This document shows, in pieces, positions 29,892-44,523 of a stretch of 64,000 nt of DNA. Source of the stretch: Prorocentrum cordatum. Lineage: Eukaryota. The stretch is taken from positions 1-64,000 of the forward strand of contig CAUYUJ010000026.1 in the NCBI GenBank assembly GCA_963575745.1, written 5' to 3'. A program made the position numbers and the translations under genes. Within the stretch, counting starts at the first letter, position 1. Each line of letters opens with the position of its first letter. The notes beneath the pieces are model-generated. The model was given only the letters and a program-made list of their open reading frames with translations, did not search any database and had not been told where the DNA came from.

Positions 29892-31105
29892 ATGGCGTTT
29901 CGCGCAGCGGGCGCGCCCCAGCAAGCTGACCTGCCGGCCCAGCCGCTCGGCGCTCTGCAGGGCTTGCGCGCAGCGAGGGCGGATCGGCGCGTGGAGTGTG
30001 CCGTGAACGGCAATGCGGCGCAGCTCCGTTCGTTGACCAAGACTTCGGGCCCCGTCAAAGGCACAGAGTACGTGGACGGCAGGGGCATCCACGAGACCGA
30101 CATTGCCGCCAACGCTTGGCTCTTTGGAGCCACGCGCGCGGTGCTTGCGGTTGCGAACGGGGTCGGCGTCGGAGTGGCGGCAGGCCAGATCCCGGGCGCC
30201 CTGCTCCTGTTCGTCGCCTACGCGGTGCAATTCTCGGTCCGGTACGAGCTCAACGAGTGGGCGGCGAACGGAGACGAGAGGTGGGCTGGGGCTGCAGTGG
30301 ACGTCGCCACTGGCCGCGCCGCGGTGCAGGCTGCTACGGCTGCTCTTCCTGGGTTCGGGGGCGTGGCTCCAGGCGGGGGTCCTTTCGCGGCGGACCAGCA
30401 GGGCGTCCTTGGTCTCCCAGCGGGCTCCGGATTGATCGACGTGTCAATTCCAGCTGCTTTCCTGCAGGTGATCAACACTTGGACAGGTTCCGCTTTCCTG
30501 GACACGCTGGCTTCCGTCTGTCTCTTTCTCGTGGCGACAGAGCTCTGTGCCAGTGGGCATCACTACCTGTCGACATGGACAAATATCTTCCGGCTTACGA
30601 TGACATGTTCCAAGCGGTCGCCCGCGCCGTGGGAATGTCGCTCGCAGACGTTCGCTCTTTCCTGCTTCACCGGGCGCTGCACACGATGGAGACTCTCGCT
30701 CCATCATGGCTTGGGCGACCGGAGCACCTGCGAAAGAGGCCTAGGTCGCTTGGGGATTCCCAGAGGTTGCCTTGCGCTTTCCGTTCATGCTCTCGGCAAT
30801 GCATTGTGCGGGCGCATATTACTCCCTCATCATCGAGGCTCTGGAGCTCGCCGGCGCGCTGGGAGCCCGCTGGGAGTTGGGCACCGCGCGCCAGGTGACC
30901 ACCTGGGCCCATGGCCTGACCTACGCACAGGCGAGCCAGCCAGGGGTCGACGGCGCTTGCATGGCGCGAAGGCACCGTAGCCTTTCTCGCCAGTTTCCTC
31001 GCAGCCCACGCAGCCCAGTCAGGTGCTGACTGCACCTCGCTTCGGGCGAAGTCGGTGGATCGGCTGAAGAAATCCAAGGGCGCTGCATGGGGGCAGGGCT
31101 CGCGG
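29892..31105 (+). pseudogene. Intronless ~400-codon unknown ORF with about three frameshifts; candidate RNA-virus nucleoprotein-like endogenous element
   Basis: Joined frames read MAFRAAG...SGHHYLS / KYLPAYDDMFQAV...FLLHRALHT / LRFPFMLSAMHCAGAYY... / VAFLASFLAAH...TSLRAKSVDRLKKSKGAAWGQG; product identity unverified. Confidence 0.55.
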
Positions 31106-32854
31106 CAGAGCCCTCGACAACACAAGAACGACAGGTGCAGGGGCGCCGCTGGGCTCACGGCAGAACTGTTCAAAGCAGGAGGCGCCACCTTACAGTGCCA
31201 CCTACTTCGACTGCACAACGAAGCAATCAAGCCTGATCGCCCCCCGCCAGACCAATGGAAGAGCACCGCCATCACTGCTATGCACAAGTCTGGTGACCCC
31301 GAACTACCAGGCAATTTCAAACCAATTGCCTTCATCCCTCTGCTATATAAGCTGATGCCTCGCCTCCTTTGCAACCGGCTCGGCGCCTTGTTCGACTCGC
31401 AACAATGCCCGGACCAAGCAGGTTGCTGCAAGAACTATTGCACAGAGGACCATCTGTTCACCACAGCAATGCTTCATGAGAGCCCTTACGAATGGCAGCT
31501 GCCGCTCTGGGCTGCCCGAATAGATTTCAAGAAAGCGTTCGACTGTGTTGACCGCGACTGTATGTGGGGCGCTCTACGACAGCAGCATTTACCTACCGCC
31601 TACATCACCCTCCTGCGACACTTATATAGCACCCAAACTGGTACGGTTCGGACGGATACCAACAGCAGAGCCTTCAATATCGAACGGGGCGTTAAGCAGG
31701 GAGACCCGCTGAGCTCTCTCCTTTTCAACGCCGTCCTAGAGCACGTGCTGCGCGCGTTCAGAGAAGTGAAACCTGTTTGGGCACGGAAGAAATTCGGGAT
31801 CCAACTTGGCTTCTCAGCACAGGCGCGGATTACGAATCTGCGTTTCGCCGACGACGTGTTGTTGTACGCCGCCAACCTCAGACAGCTCACCTGCTTACTT
31901 CGAGACGTACAAGCCCACGCAGCTAAATGCGGCCTGTTGCTACATCCGGAAAATAGAAAGACCCTGACAAACATTAGCCGGAGAGAGGGGCGAACAATCG
32001 CCCATGTCGACATCAACGGCGACAGCATCAGCACCCTACATTCCAGCCGCGGAACGAAGTTTTTGGGGGGAGAATTCCCTTTTCACGACTTTCATGGCGC
32101 AGAGCTGCACGACAGGATTGCCGCAGGGTGGGCCCGTTTCAATCAGCTTCGTTACGAGTTGACCAACAAACGCTTCCCGCTTCATAGTAGACTGAGGCTG
32201 TTCAATGGCACTGTCATGCCATCCGTGTTGCACGGCTGCTCCCCCTGGACTCTGACGAAGGAGATGCTTCTTATTCCCAGGCGCGTTCAACGGAAAATGC
32301 TCAGGCTTGTCGCGGGGGTGCCGCGGAGACGCAGCGAGCAACGCCAGCGCGCGCTCGACACCTCCGACGACGACCACCACCACAACATGACCGACGCCGA
32401 CACAGCAAACAACCCGAACTACGCAACCAACAACAGCGACGTGAGGAATGATGACGGAAAGGAACCATGGGCCGACTACATCCGACGAGCCACGCGCGAA
32501 GCCACGGTCCATGCTTCCCGCGCCCAAGTGGAAGAATGGGTTGCTCTATATTTCAAACGGAAATGGAAATGGGCACCCCGTGCGGCGACACATGACTGCG
32601 ACAGGTGGACTTTCTTAGCTGCTTCGTGGGAACCACGCGCGCGCGACCCTCGCCCAGCGCGCCGGCGGCATGGAGGTCAACGAAAGCGACGGGCAGACGA
32701 CATCATGCATTTCTTACGCGCCAAAGGCGCGCGTGAAGACCGCGACGACCAGGAACGCAACAACCAGCGGTTATCAATTGCAACAGACCAACAACTATGG
32801 AGGGATCTAGAAGATGATTTCATACATTACGCCTACGTCCATTACAACCTATAG
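31106..32854 (+). pseudogene. Reverse transcriptase of an RTE-like LINE, 5'-truncated (no endonuclease), frame still open
   Basis: GLTAELFK, KSGD..LPGNFKPI, DQAG, IDFKKAFDCV, RGVKQGDPLSSLLFN, LRFADDV, KWKWA. Confidence 0.93.
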
Positions 32855-33180
32855 GATCTAGAATGCTTCCCCGACTCCAACTTTACGTGTTCTTCCCACT
32901 CTGGTCTTTTCTCCGCCTCCTGTTCACACTTCTCCTCTCTCCGACTCCGGCGCCGGCTCCCGCTCCTGCCCCCGACGCGTCCTCTGAGGGCTCCGGCCCG
33001 CCCGCGCTGCTCCTAAGGGGCCCGCCGGCCGGCCGGCGGACACAGCGCGCCTCGCCTCGCCTCGCCTAGCGGAGTCATCTGGTTAGGTGAGGTGTCCCGC
33101 CGATTTCCGCGGCCCGCCCGGGTGCCCGGTTGCCCGGGTGCCCAGGTGCCCGGGCGCCCCTGTGCCCGGGTGCTTTATTG

Positions 33181-33900
33181 GCCTATAGCCCTATAGCCCT
33201 ATAGCCCTACAGCCCTATAGCCCTATAGCGCTATAGCTACATAGCCCTATAGCTTTACAGCCCTGCAGCCCCATAGCCCAATAGCCCTATAGCCCTATAG
33301 CCATATAGCCCTACAGACCAATAGCCCTATAGCCCCATTGCCCTGTAAACCTATAACCCAATAGCCCAATAGCCCGATAGCCCCCCTATATCCCTATAGC
33401 CCCATAACCCTAGTAGCCTTTTAACCTTATAGCCATATAGCCCTATTGCCCTGTAAGCCTGTAGCCCTGTAGCTCTATATGCCTATAGCCCTAGGGCCCT
33501 ATAGCCCCATAGCCCTGTATCCATGTAGCCATATAGCCCTATGGTCCTATAGCACTATAACCTATAAGCCTATAGCCCTGTAGCTCTATATGCCTATAGT
33601 CCCATGGCCCTATAACCCCATATCCTTATATCCCTATAGCCAGATTGCCCTATTGGTCCTATAGCCCTATAGCTCCACAGCCCTATACATTCATAGCCCT
33701 ATGGCCCTGTAGCCCTATAGCCGCATAGCCCCAGAGCCCCATAGCCCCATAGCCCTATAGCTCTACAGTCCTATGGCCCTATCGCCGCCAAGCCCTACAG
33801 CACTAGAACCCTATAGACCTATAGCCCTATGGCCCTATAGCCCCATATATCCATAGCCCTATAGCCCCATATTCCCAGGGCCCTATAGCCGAATAGCCCC
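33181..33900. repeat. Degenerate 8-bp (GCCCTATA)n tandem repeat
   Basis: Direct reading. Confidence 0.92.
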
Positions 33901-33934
33901 ATTCCATATCGTCGTGCACGTTTTTTTTTTTTTC

Positions 33935-35640
33935 TCCCCAACCCTCCTTGGTTGGGTATTCGTTTTGAATAGAGCAGTGTGGTCTCCACTCCTTCCTTCC
34001 TCCTCCTCCTCCCTCCCTGCCTCTTCCTGTCTTGCCTGCGGGGGGCTGCGATCTGTGAAACTGTCGTCATTTTCGAGGCCTGCTGGGGGGCCCAGCACAG
34101 TGAGGGCGACCTGCGCGGATTCAAATGAACCTCGCCATCCCTGGGGGGCTGCGATCTGTGAAACTGTCGCCATTTTTCGAGGCGTGCTGGGGGTCCCAGC
34201 ACAGTGATGGTCGGATCGGCGCAGTTCAAATGAGACATGTTTCCAAGACGAGTTGCTGCGATCTGGAAACTGTCCGCCAAAATTTTTTTTTTTTTCGAGG
34301 CCTGCTGGGGGGCCCAGCACAGTGAGGGCGACGCGCAGATTCAAATGAGACCTCGCCATCCCTGGGGGGCTGCGATCTGTGAACTGTCGCCATTTTCGAG
34401 GCGTGCTGGGGGGCCCAGCAGAGTGAGGGCGACGCGCATATTCAAATGAGACCTCGCCATCCCTGGGGGGCTGCGATCTGTGAAGCTGTCGCCATTTTCG
34501 AGGCCTGCGGGGGGGCCCAGCACAGTGAGGGCGACGCGCGGATTCAAATGAGACCTCGCCATCCCTGGGGGGCTGCGATCTGAGAAACTGCCGCATTTTC
34601 GAGGCCTGCTGGGGGGCCCAGCACAGTGAGGGCCACGGGCAGATTCAAATGAGACCTCGCCATCCCTGGGGGGGCTGCGATCTGTGAAATTGTCGCCACT
34701 TTCGAGGGCTGCTGGGGGGCCCAACACCGTGACTGCCACGGGCATTTCAAAATTGAACCGTCGCCTTCCCTGGGGGGCTGCGATCTGTGAAACTATCGCC
34801 ACTTTCGAGGCCTGCTGGGGGGCCCAGCACAGTGAGGGCCACGCGCGGATTCAAATTAGACCTCGCCATCCCTGGGGGGCTGCGATCTGCGAAACTGTCG
34901 CCATTTTCGAGGCGTGCTGGGGGGCCCAGCACAGTGAGGGCCACGCGCAGATTCAAATTAGACCTCGCCATCCCTGGGGGGCTGCGATCTGCGAAACTGT
35001 CGCCATTTTCGAGGCCTGCTGGGGGGCGCAGCACAGTGAGGGCCACGCGCGGATTCAAATTAGACCTCGCCATCCCTGGGGGGCTGCGATCTGCGAAACT
35101 GCCGCCATTTTCGAGGCCTGCTGGGGGGCCCAGCACAGTGAGGGCCACGGGCAGATTCAAATGAGACCTCGCCATCCCTGGGGGGGCTGCGATCTGCGAA
35201 ACTGTCGCCATTTTCAGGGCCTGCTGGGGGGCCCAGCACAGTGACGCCACGGGCAGATTCAAATTTGACCTCGCCATCCCTGGGGGGGTGCGATCTGTGA
35301 AACTGTCGCCATTTTCGAGGCCTGCTGGGGGGCCCAGCACAGTGAGGGCCACGGGCAGATTCAAATGAGACCTCGCCATCCTTGCGGGGCTGCGATCTGT
35401 GAACCTGTCGCCACTTTCGAGGCCTGCTGTGATCCCCGTTTTCGAAGTGGCTAGGAGTGCTCAGGAATTGTAAATCATCAGCTTTGTCAAGCCCTTTTCC
35501 TGTAGCCAGTGTCCTGCGAGTCTCCCGAATTCCGTCTGCAGACATATGTAACCCTCGCTCCGTCATCGCCCCCTTATAAAGTATCCTAAACTATTTGCGC
35601 CCCGCTTTTGCGCAGGGGTTGGGCACGTCGCCAGGGTAAT
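33935..35640 (+). mobile_element. Helentron-like non-autonomous element, family A copy 1, with ~101-bp satellite
   Basis: 5' hairpin cccaaccctccttggttggg after a T run; tandem ~101-bp units; conserved ~200-bp 3' block ending gggttgggcacgtcgccagggtaat. Confidence 0.75.
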
Positions 35641-35671
35641 TGCTTTTCTTTTGCGGTCCATTTTTTAAAAA

Positions 35672-38160
<2,489 letters not shown>

Positions 38161-38534
38161 AGGTGGAGGAAGAGGCTCAGGAAGAAGAGGAGGGAGGAGT
38201 GAGGGAGGAGGGAGGAAGGAGGAGGGAGGAGGGCTGACGGAACAGGGAGGGGAAGAAGGGAGGAGGGAGGAAGGAGGATGGAGGAGGTAGGAGGAAGAGG
38301 GATGAGGGAGGAAGGATGGGTGGTAGGACGGAGGCGGAGGCGGAGGCGGAGGCGGAGGCGGAGGAGGAGGAGGAGGAGGAGGAGATGGAGGCGGAGAAGG
38401 AGGAGGAGGAGGAGAAGGAGGAGGAGGAGGAAGAGGAGGAGGAGAGGGAAGAGGAGGAGGATGAGGATGAGGATGAGGATGATCATGAGGATGAGGATGA
38501 GGATGAGGATGAGGATGATGATGATGACGATGAC

Positions 38535-38580
<46 letters not shown>

Positions 38581-38755
38581 GTGACGATGATGATGATTCT
38601 GCTGCTGATGATGATGATCATGAGATGATGATGCTGATGATGATGATGATGATGTGATGACGATGCCGATACCGATGATGAATGATGATGATATGATGAT
38701 TGATGATATATGCCGATGAGTGATGATTGATGATTATGTATGATGCATGATATTA

Positions 38756-38790
<35 letters not shown>

Positions 38791-39060
38791 TGTCGATGAT
38801 GAACGATGATGATGATGGATGATGATGATGAGGATGATGATGATGATGATGTGATGATAGATGATGATGGATGATGATGATTGATGATGAGGAGGAGAGG
38901 AGTGAGGATGAGGAGGGGTGAGGAGGAGAAGGAGAGGAGGATAAGTAGTCGGAGGGCGGCGCAGGAGTCTTGTCGTCGTCGTCGTCGTCGGGGGTCGTCG
39001 GAGGAGGAGGAGGAGGAGAGGAGGAGGAGGAGAAGTGGAGGAGGAGGAGGAGGACGACGG
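38161..39060. repeat. (GGA)n/(GAT)n compound simple repeat
   Basis: Direct reading. Confidence 0.92.
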
Positions 39061-40464
39061 CGACGACGACTACAGCGTCGACGGCGACGGTGGCCTCGAT
39101 GGCGACTGCGGCGGCGGCGGGGCCATGGCGCGGGCCGCGCCCAACTGCCAGGGCGCTGGAGCGGCTCGTCGGCCCCGGCCGCGTAGATCCGGGCTTCGGC
39201 GCGCAGGTCGCCGCCGCTCTCTGCCGCGCTGCTCGCTGCCGCCGCCGCCACCGCCGTCGGTGCCGCCGCTGCCGCCGCCGCCGTCGGCGGCGTCTTTGTC
39301 GGTGCCGTCGCCGTCGTCGCCGTCGTCGTCGCCGTCGTCGCCGTCGTCGGCGTCGTCGCCGTCGCCGCCGCCGCCGTCGCCGCCGCCGTGGTCGTCGGCG
39401 GCGGCGGCGGCGGCGCGCGCGCGCGAGTGCAGGTCGCCCTGCGGTTCCCGGGCGCGCGGGACGACCTCGTGGCCGGCGGGCTCCGGGGCGGCGGGGGGCC
39501 TCCCGCGCGACGTCTTGGCTCCTCCGTCGTTCGTCGTCCTCCTCCGCCTACCTCCCTTCCCCCCTGCTTCCCCGTGTCCTCCCTCCTCGTCCTCGTCCTC
39601 CCTCCTCCCTCCCTCCCTCCCTCCCTCTCTCCCTCTCGTCGTCTTTCTCTGCGTCCTTCTCGTCGTCCTTCTCGTCGTCCTTTTCGTCGTCCTTCTCATC
39701 GTCTTTCTTGTCGTCGTCGTCGTCGTCCTCCTCTTCCTCCTCTTCCAAAAAATGAAAACAAGCAACACGCAAGGCAACATCTTGCTCCTCGAACCTCGTC
39801 CTCGATCATCATTCCGGCGTGTGGCGGCAGTCGCCTCGTCTTTCTCCTCCTTTTCCGCTGCTCCCAGTCCCTTGTCCTCCTTTTGATTTAGGCTGCCACT
39901 TTTGCGGTGGAGTGCGGTGACTCTGAGATGCAGGCTGGCTCTGGACATGATAATTGGTCACACATTCGGAGTGTTATTCTTTACGTGCGCGCGGGAGTGA
40001 ACATTCAACGTCGGCGGTGTGCGAAGGGGTGAGGCGGGGAACACGCGGGTCTCGGGCCTCTCAGGGCCCCCAGATCTGGCCGAAAATCGGCGCCCCCCCC
40101 CCCCAAAGCGCGGACACCGGCATCCCAAAGATGGTGGAACAGATCAAGCCGGTGCTCCTGCCAGCGCTCGTGCGGTGATTCGCGGTCGCCATTGGTCTCC
40201 GGGCGGGGTGACGATCCAGAGATGCCCGGGCGTGCCCGTCACGCAGCAACGCTCCGCCCGAAGATTGATATGTGGGGTCCAGGCCCGCTCGTGGTTGCCG
40301 CCCTCGTCATTCAGACTCTTGGTTCGTCCTCCCCAGAATCTTTCCCTGCGTCAGTTGTTCTTTTGATGCTTAATTTTAAGTCGGGCGTGTCGCTCTGCAG
40401 GAGGAATATTCAAAAATAGTCAAAATTTGTCTGGGGACGATTTTCTATTATTTTGATCCTTTTT

Positions 40465-42730
40465 CCCAACCCTCCTGCGTTGGGTACTCGTTTTGAATAG
40501 AGCACTGCGGTCGCGTCTCCCCTGCTCCTCCTTCCCGTCCCCCTCCTCTCCTCCCTTCTCCTCCTCCTTCTCTTTTCTCTTGCATCCCTTCTCCTCTCTT
40601 CGCTCCTCCTCTCCTCTCTTGCTTCCCTTCACCTCTCAACTTCGGTCCTCCTCTTCTCTCTTGCCTTTTACGTCGCTTGCCCCTCGCCATCCCTGGGGGG
40701 CTGCGATCTGTGAAACTGTCGCCACTTTCGAGGGCTGCTGGGGGGTTCAGCGGAGTTGTGACGTCTTACGGGGACTCAGATTAGACCTCGCCATCCCTGG
40801 GGGGCTGCGATCTGTGAAACTGTCGCCACTTTCGAGGGCTGCTGGGGGGCCCAGCACAGTGACGTCTTACGGGGGATCAGATTAGACCTCGCCATCCCTG
40901 GCAGGCTGCGATCCGTGAAACTGTCGCCACTCTCGAGGGCTGCGCGGGGGCCCAGCACAGTGACGTCTTACGGGGACTCAGATTAGACCTCGCCATCGCT
41001 GGGGGGCTGCGATCCGTGAAACTGTCGCCACTTTCGAGGGCTGCTGGGGGGGGCACGGAGTGACGTCGTACGGGGATTCAGATTAGACCTCGCCATTTCT
41101 GGGGGGCTGCGATCTGTGAAACTGTCGCCACCTTCGAGGGCTGCTGGGGGGCCCAGCACAGTGACGTCTTACGGGGACTCAGATTAGACCTCGCCATCGC
41201 TGTGGGGCTGCGATCCGTGAAACTGTCGCCACTTTGGAGGGCTGCTGAGGGGCCCAGCACAGTGACGTCTTACGGGGACTCAGATTAGACCTCGCCATCC
41301 CTGGGGGGCCGCGATCTGCGAAACTGTCGCCACTTTCGAGGCCTGCTGGTGGGGCCCAGCACAGTCTGCACCCGCGGCGGACTCAAATGGGACCTCGCCA
41401 TCCCTGGGGGGCTGCGATCTGTGAAACTGTCGCCACTTTCGAGGCCTGCTGGGGGGCCCAGCGGAGTGACGCCCTACGGGGATTCAGATTAGACCTCGCC
41501 ATCCCTGGGGGGCTGCGATCTGTGAAACTGTCGCCACTTTCGAGGCTGCTGGGGGGGGCCAGCGGAGTGACGCCCTACGGGGATTCAGATTAGACCTCGC
41601 CATCCCTGGGGGGCTGCGATCTGTGAAACTGTCGCCACTTTCGAGGGCTGCTGGGGGGCCCAGCACAGTGACGTCTTACGGGGACTCAGATTAGACCTCC
41701 CCATCGCTGGGGGGCTGCGATCCGTGAAACTGTCGCCACTTTCGAGGGCTGCTGGGGGGGGCACGGAGTGACGTCTTACGGGGACTCAGATTAGACCTCG
41801 CCATCCCTGGGGGGCTGCGATCTGTGAAACTGTCGCCACCTTCGAGGGCTGCTGGGGGGCGCAGCACAGTGACGTCTTACGGGGACTCAGATTAGTCTTC
41901 GCCATTCCTGGAAAGAAGCTCAAGGAGCTCGATGACAGCATCGACGCTGCGAACGCGGCGGGCCTCGTCTTCATCGAGCCACAGATCTCGAGCCCGTTCG
42001 ACTTCCGCAAGTACAAGGTCACGCGCACTGGCTTCGTCATCTCCCACGCCGAGGTCCTGACGTCCACTGCCTGCCAGGGCCGCACCATGCACCGCGGAGT
42101 CATTTTTGACGCAGGGTGCAAGGATGCGAACGACCTGGACGCTCTATGGCTGCACCTCTACGTGATGCTGTCCAGGGCGACGACGATAGACAACCTACTG
42201 ATGGTGCGCGACCCCGGCCTTGACTTTCTTGCCCGCGGCCCACCGGCAGACCTTGCGGAGAAACTGCGGAAGTTCAGTTCCCGCACTGCAACATGCAGGA
42301 GGCAGAGAAGCTGGCGCGCGAGCTAGGTCTCGATCGCTTCCTGCACTAGATATAAACAGGTATGATCCTGTGGACAGGCAGCAGGCATGCGTTGACCGAG
42401 CTCCTGCAAAAACGAAACAGTCTCTTGCTTCCTCCCTCCTCTGTCATCACCGCCGCCCTAGTCCACCTGTCACCTTATGCTTTCACGCTGCTGCTGCTGC
42501 CGCGATGGCTCCTCGCCCCTCCCTGTTAGGTTCGTCCTTCTCCTATCCCTCGTTCCTGCCCCCGTTATCCTCGTGTTATCGATTGCTGTCCTGGGAGTCG
42601 TGCAACGTTACGTGTCCCATGCAGCTTGCGTTGCAAATCGCCGCGCATGCATTGTCATTGTTCCTGCTAATGTTTCCCTACTCTTCATGCCACGTGATTG
42701 CATTGGGTTGGGTGCGTCGCAGGGTATGTT
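40465..42730 (+). mobile_element. Family A copy 2: deletion derivative of an autonomous Helitron/Helentron-like element
   Basis: Family A 5' end, satellite (40680-41900), helicase fragment, then 3' end gggttgggtgcgtcgcagggta. Confidence 0.8.
41901..42349 (+). pseudogene. C-terminal fragment of a PIF1-family (SF1B) helicase
   Basis: Motif V VTRTGFVISHAEVLTSTACQGRTM and motif VI LYVMLSRATTIDNL; frameshift near 42300 then AEKLARELGLDRFLH-stop. Confidence 0.85.
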
Positions 42731-44510
42731 CCCGACCCTCCTTGGTTGGATGTCCCAACCCTCCTTGGTTGGGTGTTCGTTTTGAATAGAGCAGTGTGGT
42801 CTCCACTCCTTCCTTCCTCCTCCTCCCTCCCTGCCTCTTCCTGTCTTGCCTGCGGGGGGCTGCGATCTGTGAAACTGTCGCCATTTTCGAGGCCTGCTGG
42901 GGGGCCCCAGCACAGTGAGGGCGACGCGCGGATTCAAATTAGACCTCGCCATCCCTGGGGGGCTGCGATCTGTGAAACTGTCGCCACCTTCGAGGCCTGT
43001 TGGGGGGCCCGGCACAGTGAGGGCGACGCGCGGATTCAAATTTGACCTCGCCATCCCTGGGGGGCTGCGATCTGTGAAACTGTCGCCATTTTCGAGGCCT
43101 GCGGGGGGGCCCAGCACAGTGAGGGCGACGCGCGGATTCAAATTCGACCTCGCCATCCCTGGGGGGCTGCGATCTGTGAAACTGTCGCCATTTTCGAGCC
43201 TGCTGGGGGGCCCAGCGCAGTGAGGGCGACGCGCGGATTCAAATTAGACCTCGCCGTCCCTGGGGAGTTGCGATCAGTGAAACTGTCGCCATTTTCGAGG
43301 CCTGCTGGGGGGCCCAGCACAGTGAGGGCGACGCGCGGATTCAAATTAGACCTCGCCATCACTGGGGGGGCTGCGATCCGTGAATCTGTCGCCACTTTCG
43401 AGGCTTGCTGGGGGGCCCAGCACAGTGAGGGCGACGCGCGGATTCAAATTAGACCTCGCCGTCCGTGGGGGGCTGCGATTTGTGAACCCGTCGCCATTTT
43501 CGAGGCCTGCTGGGGGGGGCCCAGCACAGTGAGGGCGACGCGCAAAATTAAATTAGACGTCGCCGTCCCTGGGGGACTGCGATTTGTGAGACTGTCGCCA
43601 TTTTCGACGCCCTCTGGGGGGGCCCAGCACAGTGAGGGCGACGCGCGGATTCAAATTCGACCTCGCCATCCCTGGGGGGCTGCGATCTGTGAAAGTGTCG
43701 CCATTTTCGAGGCCTGCTGGGGGGCCCAGCACAGTGAGGGCGACGCGCGGATTCAAATTAGACCTCGCCATCTTTGGGGGGGCTGCGATTTGTGAGTCTG
43801 TCGCCACTTTCGAGGCTTGCTGGGGGGGCCCAGCACAGTGACGCAACGGGCGGACCCAAATTCGACCTCGCCATCCTGGGGGTTTGCGATATGTGAAACT
43901 GTCGCCACGTTCGAGGCCTGCTGGGGGGCCCAGAACAGTGACGCCACGGGCGGACCCAAATTAAGACTTCGCCATCCCTGGGGGGTTGCGATCTGTGAAA
44001 CTGTTTCCACTTTCGAGGCCTGCTGGGGGGCCCAGCACAGTGACGCCACGGGCGGATTCAAACTAGACCTCGCCATCCCTGGGGGGCTGCGATCTGTGAA
44101 ACTGTCGTCACTTTCGAGGCCTGCTTGGGGGCCCAGCACAGTGACGCCACGGGCGGATTCAAATTAGACCTCGCCATCCCTGGGGGGCTGCGAACTGTGA
44201 AACTGTCGCCATTTTCGAGGCCCGCGGGGGGGCCCAGCGCAGTGACGCCACGGGCGGACCCAAATTAGACATCGCCGTCCCTGGGGGGTTGCGATCTGAG
44301 ATCACCGCTTTCGAAGTGGCTAGGGTTGCTCAGGGGTTGTAACTAATCAGCTTTATCTAGTCCTTGTCCTGTAACCAGTGTCCTGCGAGTCTCCCGAATT
44401 CCGTCTGCAGACATATGTAACCCTCGCTCCGTCATCGCCCCCCTTATAAAGTGTCCTAAACTATTTGTGCCCCGCGTTTGCGCAGGGGTTGGGTACGTCG
44501 CCCGGGTAAT
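42731..44510 (+). mobile_element. Family A copy 3 (5' hairpin duplicated)
   Basis: Same termini and satellite as copy 1. Confidence 0.75.
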
Positions 44511-44523
44511 TTGATCCTTTTTT

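Larger units (their letters stand above)
29789..33064 (+). mobile_element. Chimeric retro-insertion: spliced-leader mRNA copy fused to a 5'-truncated LINE
   Basis: Flanking direct repeats cctggcggagtcat (29775-29788) and cctagcggagtcat (33065-33078); (CGCCT)n tail at the 3' end. Confidence 0.8.

Noticed and set aside
33181..33900. Telomere-like array
   Set aside because: Unit is GCCCTATA, not the CCCTAAA telomere repeat, and it is internal and degenerate
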